From a virus, in IMG/VR virus record IMGVR_UViG_3300032286_000272, positions 2,962 to 66,961 of that record: a stretch of DNA of 64,000 nt. One strand, 5' to 3'. The notes beneath the pieces are model-generated. The model worked only from the letters and a program-made list of their open reading frames with translations, was not told the DNA's origin and searched no databases. Both the position numbers and the translations under genes were made by a program. Positions 54,455 through 64,000 of this stretch are shown in pieces (positions within the stretch are counted from its first letter, which is position 1; the number at the start of each line of letters is the position of its first letter).

Positions 54455-54874
54455 ATGGCATTAATACCATTAAACACATTTAAAACAAAGACGACAAAAA
54501 TAACATCGTCAACTGCATACACGGCATATCAAACAGGGATGACTACCTCTACTGTATATACCGCACCAGTCGGAACAACTGCTATTATTCTAATGGCACA
54601 GATTTCTAATCTCGGAACACAAACAGAAACGGTTAGTTTTATACATCACAGACGAATTGGAATTTTACCAGACGCTCAGGGCAACGGTTCTCAACCAGGA
54701 AATGTTGATACTTTCTTAGTAAGAGATTATCCAATTCCTCCAAATGATGCCGCTAATCCTATCTCAGGTAAGTTAATTTTAGAAACTTTGGACAGTATTA
54801 GATGTTACGGATCTAGTGTAAACACTCAAACTTTACAATTAACATTAAGTGTTCTAGAAACAGCTAACGAATAA
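54455..54874 (+). CDS. Small structural protein (hypothetical)
   Basis: VYTAPVGTTAIILMAQISN..GKLILE..D.I....L.LTLSVLE. Beta-rich and within the fibre operon. Confidence 0.65.
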   Translation: MALIPLNTFKTKTTKITSSTAYTAYQTGMTTSTVYTAPVGTTAIILMAQISNLGTQTETVSFIHHRRIGILPDAQGNGSQPGNVDTFLVRDYPIPPNDAANPISGKLILETLDSIRCYGSSVNTQTLQLTLSVLETANE

Positions 54875-54888
54875 TTAGAGATAAAAAT

Positions 54889-57045
54889 ATGCCTAAACTT
54901 ATTAGTGGATCAGTATTAAGAAATGGAGGTAGCGGTGAGTTTCTTAACTTACGAGGTGCTATGCCTCAGCTTACTACCTCAACTTCGACTACCACAGGCT
55001 TCACGGTATTTACAGACGACTTGTTAAGAACGTTCTACCGTTCAAGTTTAGGTAATATTGAAATGTATGAAGGAGAGATGTGGAGCAATCTCTCACAAGG
55101 AACAATTAAATTAGTAGGAACCGGAACTGGAAATATTCAAATTCTGGGCGGTACTTTATCTACTGGGACTGATACTGGTGCACTGGTTGTTCGTGGCGGC
55201 ATTGGTGTTGATGGCAACCTTCATACTAGAGATGATATAACAGTTAACGGAATTACAATTGGACAGGGATATGAAGGTATTAATAACATTGCTATCTACA
55301 GCTTGACATCTGAAGAAGCAGATTCTTATACCTATCCTAACGGTCAGAACAACGTGGCAATTGGCCGAGAAGCTCTTAAAAATATGCCATATGCCAGTAA
55401 TAGCATTGCTATTGGTAGGCAAGCACTAAGCTCTGGTACTGGATTTATAAACTCAATTGCTATTGGAGACAACAGTCTAACTAAAAATGGATACATTTCT
55501 CCGCAATTAATTTTTAACATTACTGGCATAACAGCTTATACTCCAGTTGCTATTACAGGAGCAACCAATAACAATCCTGTAGTAGTTACTGCGGTTTCTC
55601 ATAATTTTTCAACCGGCACACGAGTAACTATTCAAGATGTTCAAGGATTAAGTACTGGCTCTTATAGCTTGGTTAATAATCAATCTTTTTATGTAGATGT
55701 ACTAACAGCAGATACATTTGCACTTTACAATTCATCAGCATTTAGCACTTCTACTAGTGTTAATGGTACAACAACTTCCTACAGTTCATACAGCACTAGC
55801 GGTACTGTATTTGTCCCTACGCTGATAACTGCACCAGGTCAAGCATTTAGTACAGGCACCTCAGTGTTTGTTGACAATGTACAAGGTGCGGTTGATCCAA
55901 TTGAAGAGTATAATGCCAACATTTTCTGGGTTGATGTTTTAGATACTAGCTCTTTTTACATTTACACTGACAACATTTTAGCAAATGGATTTAATGGATT
56001 TACTGCATCAACTTATGTTAGCGGTGGTATTGTTCGCAAAAATTTCTTAAGAGACAATAATATTGCAGTCGGTACAAATGCAGGAACTAGATTATATGAT
56101 GGAGAACAAAACTTCTTCTTTGGCGATAATATTGCACCAAATTTAACTACTGGTAGTTATAACTTCTTTATGGGTCATAATGTTGCAACGTTTATGACAA
56201 CGGGAACAGGCAACATCAGTATAATGGGAGATAACCTAGTAGACGGTAAAAACAATCAGGTAAACATTGGCGGTGTATTTTATTATAATGGTGACGGTCT
56301 ATTAGATTTTAATTCGGATGTAACATTAGGATTAGGTACACAAAGTACTGGAACTGACACGGGATCGTTAACAGTATTTGGCGGCGTTGGTATTAGTCAC
56401 GATTTATGGGTTGGTGGAGTAATCCACGGTATTGTTTCTGGAGCTGGAACTGCTTCGAGTGCAACTAATTTAAGCACAGGTACTACCGGCAGTGTTGTCT
56501 ACCAAATAGGTCCGGGTGTGACTGGTTTCTTACCTATAGGAGCTACAGGCACAGTTTTAATATCTAATAGTACAGCACCTTATTGGGAAGTTCCTGCCGC
56601 AATTACCGTAGGTACTGCTACCAATGCCAACAACGTTTTGATCAACAGTACTAGTTCTGGTGTTTATAACTTAGACTTCAGTAACGGACCAATTGGGTAT
56701 AGTCCGGTATTCAATAAGAACTCTTTAACGTTTAATGCTAATACAGATCTGTTAACAGTTAATAAATTATCTATCACTAGCACAGATGCTAATGTTAGTA
56801 CAACCACAGGTCAAGCCCTGCTGGTCGCAGGCGGCGTTGCAGTAGCCAATAGCGTCCGAAGCAAAGACGGAAACATAGACGAAAACTTCCTACTATATAG
56901 TCCAAAAGTAACAGTTAGTCCAACACCTCCAACTACTGCTACTAATCACGTTGGAGATTTTTGGATTGATTCAAACAATGCAATTACTCTACAGTGGGTC
57001 AAAGATGGCTTGGCCTACTTCTGGCTACAGATAGGATCAATTTAA
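54889..57045 (+). CDS. Tail fibre protein with YadA-head-like repeats
   Basis: NNVAIG/NSIAIG/NNIAVG repeats and TDTGALVVRGGIGV fibre motifs. Confidence 0.7.
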   Translation: MPKLISGSVLRNGGSGEFLNLRGAMPQLTTSTSTTTGFTVFTDDLLRTFYRSSLGNIEMYEGEMWSNLSQGTIKLVGTGTGNIQILGGTLSTGTDTGALVVRGGIGVDGNLHTRDDITVNGITIGQGYEGINNIAIYSLTSEEADSYTYPNGQNNVAIGREALKNMPYASNSIAIGRQALSSGTGFINSIAIGDNSLTKNGYISPQLIFNITGITAYTPVAITGATNNNPVVVTAVSHNFSTGTRVTIQDVQGLSTGSYSLVNNQSFYVDVLTADTFALYNSSAFSTSTSVNGTTTSYSSYSTSGTVFVPTLITAPGQAFSTGTSVFVDNVQGAVDPIEEYNANIFWVDVLDTSSFYIYTDNILANGFNGFTASTYVSGGIVRKNFLRDNNIAVGTNAGTRLYDGEQNFFFGDNIAPNLTTGSYNFFMGHNVATFMTTGTGNISIMGDNLVDGKNNQVNIGGVFYYNGDGLLDFNSDVTLGLGTQSTGTDTGSLTVFGGVGISHDLWVGGVIHGIVSGAGTASSATNLSTGTTGSVVYQIGPGVTGFLPIGATGTVLISNSTAPYWEVPAAITVGTATNANNVLINSTSSGVYNLDFSNGPIGYSPVFNKNSLTFNANTDLLTVNKLSITSTDANVSTTTGQALLVAGGVAVANSVRSKDGNIDENFLLYSPKVTVSPTPPTTATNHVGDFWIDSNNAITLQWVKDGLAYFWLQIGSI

Positions 57046-57056
57046 AGAGATAACAA

Positions 57057-57764
57057 ATGGCGCTACTTAATTTTCCAACAAATCCTAACACGGGCGACAC
57101 GTGGGTAATAGGCACTACTACATGGCGATGGAACGGCTATGCTTGGGCAAAGTTCAATACAATTAACATTGGGACTCAAACAACTACAGTAACTAACATA
57201 TTAACTATCAACTCTACAACTAATTCTACCGGTACAGATACAGGTGCATTAGTTATAGGTGGTGGAATTGGTGTTGCTAAGGATATAAATGTAGGCGGAA
57301 CATTAAAAGTCTTAAGTACTGCATCCAGCACCAGTACAGACACAGGAGCAATTACTGTTGTGGGAGGATTAGGAGTTGGCGGAACAGCTAATATTCAAGG
57401 TAGAATAACAGCAGAAAGTCTTCGTATTGCAGAAAGTGTTTTTGACTCTACACAAAGTTTTACCAGTACAACAGATGCTACCATAATTGATATGTATGAT
57501 GTTGCAGACTATCGCGGAGCAAAATATTTGATTCAAATTGACGAAGGGCACAATCCTAATGCAGATTTTGTGTTTTTAGAAATGCTTTTATTAGTTGATA
57601 ATGACGGCGACGTTTGGAAAACAGAATATGCACAGTTGTCCACTAGTGGAAGTCTTGGAAATTTTACAGCCACGGTAGCAGGCGGAAATCTGCAACTATT
57701 TTTTACAGCTAATACTGCAACAAGCAAGCACATCACAGTTCTTAGAACTGCTATGCTAAAATAA
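57057..57764 (+). CDS. Tail fibre-related protein
   Basis: N-terminal FPTNP..GD..WRWNG.AW module, TDTGAL.I.GGIGV repeats and C-terminal YRGAKYLIQI domain. Confidence 0.7.
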   Translation: MALLNFPTNPNTGDTWVIGTTTWRWNGYAWAKFNTINIGTQTTTVTNILTINSTTNSTGTDTGALVIGGGIGVAKDINVGGTLKVLSTASSTSTDTGAITVVGGLGVGGTANIQGRITAESLRIAESVFDSTQSFTSTTDATIIDMYDVADYRGAKYLIQIDEGHNPNADFVFLEMLLLVDNDGDVWKTEYAQLSTSGSLGNFTATVAGGNLQLFFTANTATSKHITVLRTAMLK

Positions 57765-57774
57765 GGTTTAGTAA

Positions 57775-59619
57775 ATGGCATCGACTACTGATTTTATTGT
57801 CAACGCTGGCCTGCGTGTTTCGGGCACAGGAACTGTTACTAGTTCAACAGGACAAACAAATGTTCTTCAAACATTAGGCGGCGCAGCCTTTGCTAAAAAT
57901 ATTATAGTAGGTTCTACTGCTGATGTTTACGGAACTGCTACTTTTTATTCTTCAGTTAACATAACTGGCACAACTAGTCTTTTAGACTTAACTGTATCAG
58001 GAGTTATAAACAGTACTAATACAACACTTGCATCAACAACCGCTGGAGGAACCGGCGCACTAGTTACTCAGGGTGGCGTATACTTAGGCAATAATCTCAT
58101 TGTAATGAGCACGGCTAGCAGCACGGCTACTGGATTAGCTAATGCACTTTATGTTAACGGTGGTACTTATGTAAACGATCAGTTTACAGTTGCAGGTCCT
58201 ACACTATTTAAAGATACAGTATTATTCAGCGGAACAGCTACTTACGTTTACAGTACTAATACTCTTTATACAGACAATATTTTAGAATTGCATATACCAC
58301 CTGGCGGTGCTGACAGTCAATGGAATTTTGACGACGGCAAAGACATAGGCATTCGTATTCGTTATTATAACGGCACAGATACCAACGCTGCATTACTTTT
58401 TGCCAACGATACTAAAAGTTTTGAATTTTATAAGAGTGGAGCCGAAGGAACTAGCACTTTTAGTAGCGGTGTTTACAGCGGGTTAAAAGCTGGATCTCTT
58501 TGGTTAGTTGATACTACCGCGTCAAATAATACCTATAGTGGAGCTCTAATTGTCAACGGCGGCGCAGGCATTGCTGGTAATGTTAATGTTGGTAATTTAG
58601 TTTCGGCCGGCATTCTACAAGGAAGAAACTTAACTGATACACAGGTAGCAGTTGCAGGGTTAAATGGATCTCTCTACAGCTATGGTAGTCTATCATTTAA
58701 CACCAGTACAGGTATAGTACAAGGTACAATTACCACAGCAACTTTAGCCCACAGTGCGTTAACTGCTACATTAGCTATTAATGCTAATAGTGCATATAAT
58801 ATTTTTGGCGGCAGTGCTGGAGCACTAGTTTATCAAACTGCCACAGGCGCAACTAGTTTTGTAAATTTAGGTACTGCAACCCATGTGTTGACCAGTAACG
58901 GAGTTAGCCCTTATTGGGCTCCTGTAGGCAATGCAGGAAACGCAGATTCTGCAGACAATCTTACCGGTGGACAAACAGGGCAAATTCCGTTTCAAAGTGC
59001 GCCAAATACTACAATTTTTAGTTCTACTTTAAGTTTTAGTACAGTTACTAACACATTAGAAATCAACGGAGGATCTACAGCCAGCGGACATATAGCAGTC
59101 AGTGGTAATATTTCTAGTAGCAGCACTGTTAGTACAAAATATCTGAGAGTAAACGACTCTGAAAACAGTCAAGGAACTAGCACAGGCGCAATGACAGTGG
59201 TTGGCGGCGCAGGCATAGGTAGGAACCTTTATGTCGGCGGAGAAATAACTGTAGGATCAGTGACCACAAATACTGTGGTATCTATCCTAACTGGTAATAA
59301 TTTAAATCTATCCAGCTATACTAAGACTGGTATTACAGGATCTGGAATGATTAATTTAGATTATTATAATGGCTCTGCAATTAGATCTAGCAAATATTTT
59401 GTTCAAATTACAGACGGTCCCGACATTCACGTGACGGAAATAAGTATGTTTCACGATGATGTAGATGCTTATAAAACTGAATATGGGTTTCACAGTAACA
59501 ATGGAGTTCTAGGTTCTTTCGATGCTATATATACTGCTTCAAATGTAATATTAACATTTCAACCGTTAGGTGCTACAGATATGACGATCAAAGTTATCAG
59601 GTGGAGCATAACAGTTTAA
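57775..59619 (+). CDS. Tail fibre-related protein
   Basis: GAL.V.GGAGI repeats. C-terminal RSSKYFVQI..KTEYG domain is paralogous to the preceding gene. Confidence 0.7.
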   Translation: MASTTDFIVNAGLRVSGTGTVTSSTGQTNVLQTLGGAAFAKNIIVGSTADVYGTATFYSSVNITGTTSLLDLTVSGVINSTNTTLASTTAGGTGALVTQGGVYLGNNLIVMSTASSTATGLANALYVNGGTYVNDQFTVAGPTLFKDTVLFSGTATYVYSTNTLYTDNILELHIPPGGADSQWNFDDGKDIGIRIRYYNGTDTNAALLFANDTKSFEFYKSGAEGTSTFSSGVYSGLKAGSLWLVDTTASNNTYSGALIVNGGAGIAGNVNVGNLVSAGILQGRNLTDTQVAVAGLNGSLYSYGSLSFNTSTGIVQGTITTATLAHSALTATLAINANSAYNIFGGSAGALVYQTATGATSFVNLGTATHVLTSNGVSPYWAPVGNAGNADSADNLTGGQTGQIPFQSAPNTTIFSSTLSFSTVTNTLEINGGSTASGHIAVSGNISSSSTVSTKYLRVNDSENSQGTSTGAMTVVGGAGIGRNLYVGGEITVGSVTTNTVVSILTGNNLNLSSYTKTGITGSGMINLDYYNGSAIRSSKYFVQITDGPDIHVTEISMFHDDVDAYKTEYGFHSNNGVLGSFDAIYTASNVILTFQPLGATDMTIKVIRWSITV

Positions 59620-59638
59620 TTCTTAATCGATCTTAGAT

Positions 59639-59665
59639 AAAACGGAGCTTGAAGCTCCGTTTTTT
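59639..59665 (+). terminator. Rho-independent terminator
   Basis: AAAACGGAGCT-TGA-AGCTCCGTTTT followed by a T tract. Confidence 0.88.
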
Positions 59666-59674
59666 GTTTTTGAC

Positions 59675-59680
59675 TAAATA
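59675..59680 (+). promoter_or_regulatory. Late promoter (TAAATA)
   Basis: Lies after the terminator and upstream of ATG 59718. Confidence 0.55.
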
Positions 59681-59717
59681 TTAGAATTACTACAATGCCT
59701 GGTGGAAAGGGAAGCTG

Positions 59718-62700
59718 ATGGCAATCAACAACGATTTTAAAGTTAAACACGGCCTTGTGGTCTCAACAACGGCCACAGTTCTCGGCACAACTAATTCCAC
59801 CAACACAGAAACAGGCGCATTAATTGTATCCGGCGGCGCAGCCGTTGGTCAAGATCTTTGGGTTGGCGGTAAAATTTACGTTGATACCATAGTTGGTAAC
59901 CCTGGCTATCTTGGTAGTTCTGGTTACACTGGTAGTCAAGGCATCACCGGTTACACTGGTAGTCAAGGTGATCTAGGCTATACAGGATCAGTAGGCTACA
60001 CTGGCAGTGATGGTTATACTGGATCAGTAGGCTACACCGGCAGTGATGGTTATACTGGATCAGTAGGCTACACCGGCAGTGATGGTTATACTGGATCATT
60101 GGGTTACGTTGGATCAGTAGGCTATACTGGTAGTTCTGGTTCAAGTGGTACCGAAGGTTACACTGGATCAGTAGGTTATACTGGTTCAATTGGTTTTACA
60201 GGTAGTATTGGCTACACAGGTAGCGACGGATACATTGGTTCAGTAGGCTACACAGGTAGCGACGGATACATTGGTTCAGTAGGCTACGCTGGTAGTCGTG
60301 GTCCTAGCAATGCTATTACCGCAGCATCTGACACAAGCACTACCGTTTTATATCCGGTTTTAGTTGATCAACTAGACAGTCCGGATAGATTACCTAAAGG
60401 TAATAGTAATCTATACTTTAATGCATCTACAAATGCTCTAATTGTTAACGGCGATATTATCGCTAATAAGTTAACAATTCAATATACCACAATCACAACT
60501 ACACAAATTATAACTGATGATATATTCACAGTTTATAATACAACCAACAGCACCGGTACAAATAGTGGTGCATTAGTTGTTGCTGGCGGCGTGGGTATTG
60601 AGAAAGATCTTTGGGTTGGTGGTGTAATTTATAGAAATGGTATATCTGTCGGCTACGGCTATACAGGTAGTGAGGGGTTTACTGGTAGCATTGGATATAC
60701 TGGCAGTGATGGCTATACAGGTAGTGTCGGTTATGACGGATCTGTAGGATACACAGGTAGTGAGGGGTTTACTGGTAGTATTGGATATACTGGTAGTGAT
60801 GGCTATACAGGTAGTGTTGGTTATGACGGATCTGTAGGATACACAGGTAGTGAGGGGTTTACTGGTAGTATTGGATATACTGGTAGTGATGGATACACTG
60901 GTAGTCAAGGTGAAACGGGTTTTACCGGTAGTTCTGGTTCGTCGGGAGAAATAGGATTTACAGGCAGTCAAGGTTATGACGGCAGCGTAGGTTTTACAGG
61001 ATCGGTTGGTTATATTGGTAGTGTAGGACCACAAGGTATTAGCAGCTTTGGACGTAGATATTATTTACAGAGCGCCGACAGTGATATCAGTGGGTACGAA
61101 GAATTAACTACGTATGTTAGTACACTTACAGAAACTACCATACTGGCTACAGCTACAAATGTTTCTGGCGAAGTATTAATTGCTAGTTGGGCAACACCAG
61201 TTGCTGATCCTAACGTGACAGTATTTCCTGCAGGACAATTAGTATTTAATACTTGGTTAGCAGTAAGCACTGATGCTGGAGTATCTCAGTTTGTACACAA
61301 ACTCTATTATAGGAATACCACAGGCACTGAAGTTTTATTAGCTAGCGTTGATACTGAGGAAATTAACAATACAACACCTACGCTATACGAAACGGTATTT
61401 GTTGTACAGACAGCCACCAACATTCTGTCTACAGATAGACTGGTTTACAAGGCCTATTTTAAAACTGATAATACTAATCCCGTAATTGGATCGTTAACAC
61501 ATGACGGAACTAATCGTCAAAGTTATTTGACAACACCTATTACACAAGGTATTACAGGATATCTTGGTAGTGTGGGTTATCATGGAAGTGTGGGCTATAC
61601 TGGTTCAACAGGCTATACTGGATCGATAGGTTATACAGGTAGTGACGGATATACTGGATCGATAGGTTACATTGGATCGATAGGTTATACAGGTAGTGAC
61701 GGATATACCGGATCAGTTGGATATACCGGATCGATAGGTTATGCAGGTAGTAACGGATATACCGGGTCAGTTGGCTACACTGGATCAATTGGATTTACCG
61801 GGTCAGTTGGATTTACTGGGTCAGTTGGTTTTAACGGATCAGTAGGTTACACTGGATCGTTAGGATATATCGGATCAGTGGGTTACACTGGTTCAGTTGG
61901 ATATACCGGGTCATTGGGTTATACCGGTAGTAGCGGTACTGAAGGTTTTAACGGATCAGTAGGCTATACTGGATCAGTAGGTTTTAACGGATCAGTAGGT
62001 TATACTGGATCAGTAGGTTTTAACGGATCGGTAGGCTATACTGGTTCAATCGGATTTGCTGGTAGTGTTGGCTATACCGGATCATTAGGCTATACTGGTT
62101 CAATCGGATTTGCTGGGTCGGTAGGCTATACTGGTAGTATCGGATTTGCTGGTAGTGTTGGCTATATCGGATCATTAGGTTACACTGGTTCAATCGGATT
62201 TACTGGGTCAGTAGGTTACACTGGCAGTGTCGGATATGTTGGTAGTAATGGATATACTGGCAGTGTCGGATATGTTGGTAGTAATGGATATACTGGAAGT
62301 ACAGGATACTTTGGATCAGTTGGTTATACTGGTTCAATCGGATTTGTAGGTAGCAGAGGCCCTAGTGATGCAATTAAGGCCACAGATGACACTAGCAGTA
62401 CAGTATTATATCCAGTAATGGTAAATGCTGCTGGAGTAGATGCAACTCCCCGTCTGAGTACTTCTACACTGTATTGGAACGCACAATCTAATACATTAAA
62501 TGTTGTTGGCGAAATTGTTGCTACAAAATTAACAATCCAATATACTACAATTACAACTACTAGCGTTGTAACTGACGATGTATTCACAGTACTAAATTCA
62601 ACCAATAGTACCGGAACAAATAGCGGAGCATTGATTGTCGCCGGTGGTGCCGGAATTGTCCGAGACTTATATGTCGGCGGTCAGATTTATATTAACGGAA

Positions 62701-64000
62701 TACCTGTCGGATACGGCTATACAGGAAGTCTGGGATACTTTGGTAGTATTGGATTTACTGGATCGGTTGGATACACCGGATCGGTTGGATACACCGGATC
62801 GTTAGGATATATTGGATCGTTGGGATATATTGGATCTTTGGGGTATATTGGATCGTTGGGTTATACTGGTAGTGTTGGTTATACTGGTAGTGTTGGCTAT
62901 ACTGGTTCAGTTGGTTACACTGGTAGTGTTGGCTTTACTGGTAGTGTTGGCTTTACTGGTAGTGTTGGATACACTGGATCAGTTGGATACACTGGAAGTC
63001 TGGGATACTTCGGTAGTGTTGGCTTTACTGGTAGTGTTGGCTTTACTGGTAGTGTTGGATACACTGGATCAGTTGGATACACTGGAAGTCTGGGATACTT
63101 TGGTAGTGTTGGCTTTACTGGTAGTGTTGGATACACTGGATCAGTTGGCTATAGTGGATCGTTAGGATATATTGGATCGTTGGGTTATACTGGTTCAGTA
63201 GGTTATACTGGTTCAGTAGGTTATACTGGTTCAATTGGGTCTGCGGGTTATGTTGGTTCAAAAGGTAGCGACGGCGGCCAATTGACTGCCGGTTCGTATG
63301 TTGTTCGTGCTGTTAAGAATGGTACAACACAAACAATTACATCTAATTCTGATACCATTGTTACGCTTATAGATGATTTTGATCCTCAGGGTTGGTGGAC
63401 TCCTAATAAATTCCAACCAACAATTGCTGGTTATTATTCATTGACTGCACAAATTTGGTGGGGTGCTGGTACTATTACCAATAATCAAACCAATTTACAA
63501 TTAAAGAAAAATGGTTCTACTCAAATTGCCATTACTCAAACTCCTGTTAACGCTTCAACTGTTGGGGAATTTTTAAACTTATCTACAATTGCTTATTTCA
63601 ACGGCTCAACAGATTATGTTGAAGTAACAGCATATACTTCAAATCCAACCTCACAAGATATTAATGGTTCTGCAAGCGGAACTTGGTTTACTGCTGCATT
63701 GTATGCATACGGTCCACAAGGATACACCGGTTCAGTTGGCTATACTGGATCAGTTGGTTATAACGGATCAGTTGGTTATAACGGATCATTAGGCTATACC
63801 GGATCAGTTGGTTATACCGGTAGTGCAAGTACACAAATTGGATTTTCTGGATCAGTAGGCTACACCGGTTCGCTAGGTTACACCGGATCAACAGGCTTTA
63901 CTGGATCTCTAGGTTATAGTGGTTCGATTGGATTTACTGGGTCAGTTGGTTACACTGGTTCAATTGGATTTACTGGGTCAGTTGGTTACACTGGTTCAAT
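59718..64000 (+). CDS. Large collagen-like (Gly-X-Y) fibre protein, 3'-truncated; missing from the ORF track
   Basis: ATG 59718 gives MAINNDFKVKHGLVV..TGALIVSGGAAVGQDLWVGG, then GYTGSV/GYTGSD/GFTGSI repeats. The same frame still reads G-X-Y at the window end (>1420 aa). Confidence 0.88.
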   Translation, partial: MAINNDFKVKHGLVVSTTATVLGTTNSTNTETGALIVSGGAAVGQDLWVGGKIYVDTIVGNPGYLGSSGYTGSQGITGYTGSQGDLGYTGSVGYTGSDGYTGSVGYTGSDGYTGSVGYTGSDGYTGSLGYVGSVGYTGSSGSSGTEGYTGSVGYTGSIGFTGSIGYTGSDGYIGSVGYTGSDGYIGSVGYAGSRGPSNAITAASDTSTTVLYPVLVDQLDSPDRLPKGNSNLYFNASTNALIVNGDIIANKLTIQYTTITTTQIITDDIFTVYNTTNSTGTNSGALVVAGGVGIEKDLWVGGVIYRNGISVGYGYTGSEGFTGSIGYTGSDGYTGSVGYDGSVGYTGSEGFTGSIGYTGSDGYTGSVGYDGSVGYTGSEGFTGSIGYTGSDGYTGSQGETGFTGSSGSSGEIGFTGSQGYDGSVGFTGSVGYIGSVGPQGISSFGRRYYLQSADSDISGYEELTTYVSTLTETTILATATNVSGEVLIASWATPVADPNVTVFPAGQLVFNTWLAVSTDAGVSQFVHKLYYRNTTGTEVLLASVDTEEINNTTPTLYETVFVVQTATNILSTDRLVYKAYFKTDNTNPVIGSLTHDGTNRQSYLTTPITQGITGYLGSVGYHGSVGYTGSTGYTGSIGYTGSDGYTGSIGYIGSIGYTGSDGYTGSVGYTGSIGYAGSNGYTGSVGYTGSIGFTGSVGFTGSVGFNGSVGYTGSLGYIGSVGYTGSVGYTGSLGYTGSSGTEGFNGSVGYTGSVGFNGSVGYTGSVGFNGSVGYTGSIGFAGSVGYTGSLGYTGSIGFAGSVGYTGSIGFAGSVGYIGSLGYTGSIGFTGSVGYTGSVGYVGSNGYTGSVGYVGSNGYTGSTGYFGSVGYTGSIGFVGSRGPSDAIKATDDTSSTVLYPVMVNAAGVDATPRLSTSTLYWNAQSNTLNVVGEIVATKLTIQYTTITTTSVVTDDVFTVLNSTNSTGTNSGALIVAGGAGIVRDLYVGGQIYINGIPVGYGYTGSLGYFGSIGFTGSVGYTGSVGYTGSLGYIGSLGYIGSLGYIGSLGYTGSVGYTGSVGYTGSVGYTGSVGFTGSVGFTGSVGYTGSVGYTGSLGYFGSVGFTGSVGFTGSVGYTGSVGYTGSLGYFGSVGFTGSVGYTGSVGYSGSLGYIGSLGYTGSVGYTGSVGYTGSIGSAGYVGSKGSDGGQLTAGSYVVRAVKNGTTQTITSNSDTIVTLIDDFDPQGWWTPNKFQPTIAGYYSLTAQIWWGAGTITNNQTNLQLKKNGSTQIAITQTPVNASTVGEFLNLSTIAYFNGSTDYVEVTAYTSNPTSQDINGSASGTWFTAALYAYGPQGYTGSVGYTGSVGYNGSVGYNGSLGYTGSVGYTGSASTQIGFSGSVGYTGSLGYTGSTGFTGSLGYSGSIGFTGSVGYTGSIGFTGSVGYTGS
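59900..64000 (+). repeat. Five blocks of 18-bp-period coding repeats (GYTGSx), with 90-bp higher-order duplications
   Basis: Blocks at about 59900-60300, 60650-61040, 61550-62360, 62710-63270 and 63715-end. caggtagtgaggggttt recurs at 60664, 60754 and 60844. Confidence 0.9.

Noticed and set aside
59944-63891. Track ORFs in alternative frames or on the minus strand within the repeat region
   Set aside because: They are shadows of the periodic collagen-like ORF starting at 59718.
59900-64000. Regular short repeats resembling a CRISPR array or satellite
   Set aside because: The period is 18 bp with third-position variation and no unique spacers. The repeats encode G-X-Y in one open frame, and no cas genes are present.
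1-64000. Stop-codon reassignment or alternative genetic code
   Set aside because: The standard code gives near-complete coding density with intact very long ORFs.
1208-64000. Diversity-generating retroelement acting on fibre genes
   Set aside because: There is no reverse transcriptase in the window and I noticed no template/variable repeat pair differing at adenines. The duplicated fibre modules differ at all base types.

Overview
This 64-kb AT-rich window comes from a large T4-like (myovirus-type) phage and is almost entirely coding. From left to right it carries a partial DHFR and thymidylate synthase (+), then a minus-strand tail/baseplate block (three paralogous fibre proteins, a subtilisin-like protease, a collagen-like protein, a 4478-aa baseplate protein and gp6/gp25/gp5/gp27/gp53/gp48-54-like genes). 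A plus-strand operon follows, with a gp55-like late sigma factor, gp47, gp46, two Hc1-like basic proteins and a small stand-alone GIY-YIG nuclease. After it lies the only long non-coding stretch (about 510 nt, 35507-36020), which is densely base-paired. Next come a gp26/gp51-like pair joined by a candidate -1 frameshift, a tape-measure-like gene, a GIY-YIG/NUMOD3-type homing endonuclease and the head module (gp20, gp21, gp22, gp23). The window ends in large fibre/spike genes, the last a >1400-aa collagen-like ORF that runs off the right edge and is absent from the ORF track. The strongest candidate for an undescribed system is the GIY-YIG nuclease with its downstream structured RNA and DNA-hairpin cluster. 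Other notable signals are a structured 5' leader after the capsid gene, repeated leaderless late transcripts and the frameshift. All product calls come from motif recognition by eye; no database search or folding program was run.
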